From NCBI GenBank assembly GCA_036171495.1, contig JAVHRE010000485.1:1-29354 (forward strand): DNA of 29,354 bases, written 5' to 3'. The notes below the pieces were generated by a model. It did no database searches and was not told the origin of the DNA. It saw nothing but the letters and a program-made list of their open reading frames with translations. This DNA is from Bacteroidales bacterium (GTDB lineage: Bacteria > Bacteroidota > Bacteroidia > Bacteroidales > GWA2-32-17). Below are positions 28,233 through 29,354 of the stretch, in pieces; within the stretch, counting starts at the first letter, position 1, and the number at the start of each line of letters is the position of its first letter. The position numbers were made by a program, and so were the translations under genes.

Positions 28233-29075
28233 TTAATTCTTCTTTTTCAACTTCTTTTTTGAAATTTCTTTATCAGCGGTTTTCACCCTGCGTTCAAGTT
28301 TTTTAATATCTTCTTCTGCCGGAAGTTCTTCGGGTTTAATACCGCTTTTACCAAGCAATTCACGAACATCTTCATTGTTTTTAATATGCTCAGAGGTAAT
28401 TTTTCCTTCGCCTTTTAAATCGTCTTTTTTTACATTGAAATTTGTTATTTCAGTAGCCAAATCTTTTGCTTTAATAGTAATGGTAGGCAGAAAATCGGCA
28501 AGAGGACGGTTTTCGGGAATACCCAATTTGTGTTTCATGGCAAGGGTATTATAACCGCCAAATAATGCAGAATCGCCTTTGCTTCGTATTTTTGCAAAAC
28601 CTTTATTATCAACTCCACGTTCGTAAATATTTTTTGAAAGTTCTGTTTCCGTAGCTACTAGTTTTTCTCTTGCCTGCATACGTTCCATTAATGCAATCCG
28701 TTCTTCGAGCAATTCCTGTTTTCTTGTTTGAATTGCAAAATAGCTTTGAGCAAAAGCAATCTGTTCTTTTTTAGGATCACCGTTTTGGGCTACAAGGTAA
28801 CAGGCAAAACGAGTCAGCATTATATCATCAATTTCTTTTACAGCATTTTTAGGCATGGGTATCGTTTTGCTGACGTCAGCAAAATGATCGATCACTTGAT
28901 TGCCGGAGGTTTTACATGCTTCCTTTGCTTTTTCAATTACATTTAAAAAGTTTCGCCATTGTGTATAATCAAGTAATTCCTGCAATTCACGGGCTAACCA
29001 ATATTCAACACCATCCTGTTCGTAAGCTGCCTGCTCGAAGGTTTTATTTAATTTTTGAATAAGATTTTTTTCCAT
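28233..29075 (-). CDS. dinD: DNA damage-inducible protein D
   Basis: FE...[81 protein letters not shown] motifs; 280 aa. Confidence 0.9.
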   Translation of the reverse strand: MEKNLIQKLNKTFEQAAYEQDGVEYWLARELQELLDYTQWRNFLNVIEKAKEACKTSGNQVIDHFADVSKTIPMPKNAVKEIDDIMLTRFACYLVAQNGDPKKEQIAFAQSYFAIQTRKQELLEERIALMERMQAREKLVATETELSKNIYERGVDNKGFAKIRSKGDSALFGGYNTLAMKHKLGIPENRPLADFLPTITIKAKDLATEITNFNVKKDDLKGEGKITSEHIKNNEDVRELLGKSGIKPEELPAEEDIKKLERRVKTADKEISKKKLKKKN

Positions 29076-29120
29076 AATCAGATTATTTTATATCGCTGTT
29101 ATTTTTTAGTTATATATTCC

Positions 29121-29152
29121 GATTCATCGAATCCGGCGGTCGGCAACCGCCG
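29121..29152. repeat. Two abutting GC-rich palindromes (REP-like)
   Basis: gattc-atc-gaatc (29121-29133) immediately followed by cggcggt-cggca-accgccg (29134-29152). Confidence 0.5.
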
Positions 29153-29213
29153 AATTATATCATTTGGCAGATACTCTTTTATGTTAATCGTTAAACGAAA
29201 ATCCATCTACTAA

Positions 29214-29354
29214 TTATTTAATAGTCCATCGTATTGTAAACAACTCATTTTTTGAAATCATTTGCTTTAATCGAGCTTCAATATCTGAAATCAGGTTTTC
29301 TTTTTTCTGATCCACATCATCCTGGTGCTGGTATAAATTCATACGCATTTCATT
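29214..29354 (-). CDS. C-terminal 46 aa of a gene running off the window, probably an SNF2-related helicase
   Basis: Hand translation NEMRMNLYQHQDDVDQKKENLISDIEARLKQMISKNELFTIRWTIK*; L-x-x-QD-x-D...LI..IE..L...LFTIRW resembles the tail of SNF2-family helicases encoded ahead of this mod-res type. Not in the ORF track. Confidence 0.65.
   Translation of the reverse strand, partial: NEMRMNLYQHQDDVDQKKENLISDIEARLKQMISKNELFTIRWTIK

Noticed and set aside
21008-28946. Short shadow ORFs over rsmH, res, mod and dinD (21008, 22794, 22999, 23555, 23817, 24196, 24582, 25082, 25587, 26066, 27078, 28115, 28728)
   Set aside because: Antisense or frame-shifted shadows of long conserved genes; no independent evidence.

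Overview
Low-GC Bacteroidota (most likely Bacteroidales-type) chromosomal window with almost every gene on the minus strand. The core part (400-21657) is the division/cell-wall (dcw) cluster mraZ-rsmH-ftsL-ftsI-murE-mraY-murD-ftsW-murG-murC-ftsQ-ftsA-ftsZ, followed by a GatB/YqeY gene, a TPR gene, a triple-PASTA gene, a T9SS type-A CTD protein, an RluA/RluD pseudouridine synthase and a small lipoprotein, ending at a bidirectional terminator. Directly upstream of the mraZ promoter (about 21780-29354) is an accessory defence island: the unannotated C-terminus of a probable SNF2-type helicase at the window edge, dinD, an 84-bp remnant resembling a YhcG/DUF1016 C-terminus, an HNH/Zn-finger-like gene, type III mod and res, a truncated UDG-like gene and two small orphan ORFs. 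The best candidate for an under-described system is this helicase-[variable cargo]-mod-res-[variable cargo] operon. Several intergenic spacers contain structure the ORFs do not explain, including a 17/19-bp inverted repeat bracketing the whole yqeY-TPR spacer and twin cross-complementary hairpins at 4800-4897. No rRNA, tRNA, CRISPR array, integrase or transposase was seen. All family assignments come from motifs read by eye, not from database searches.
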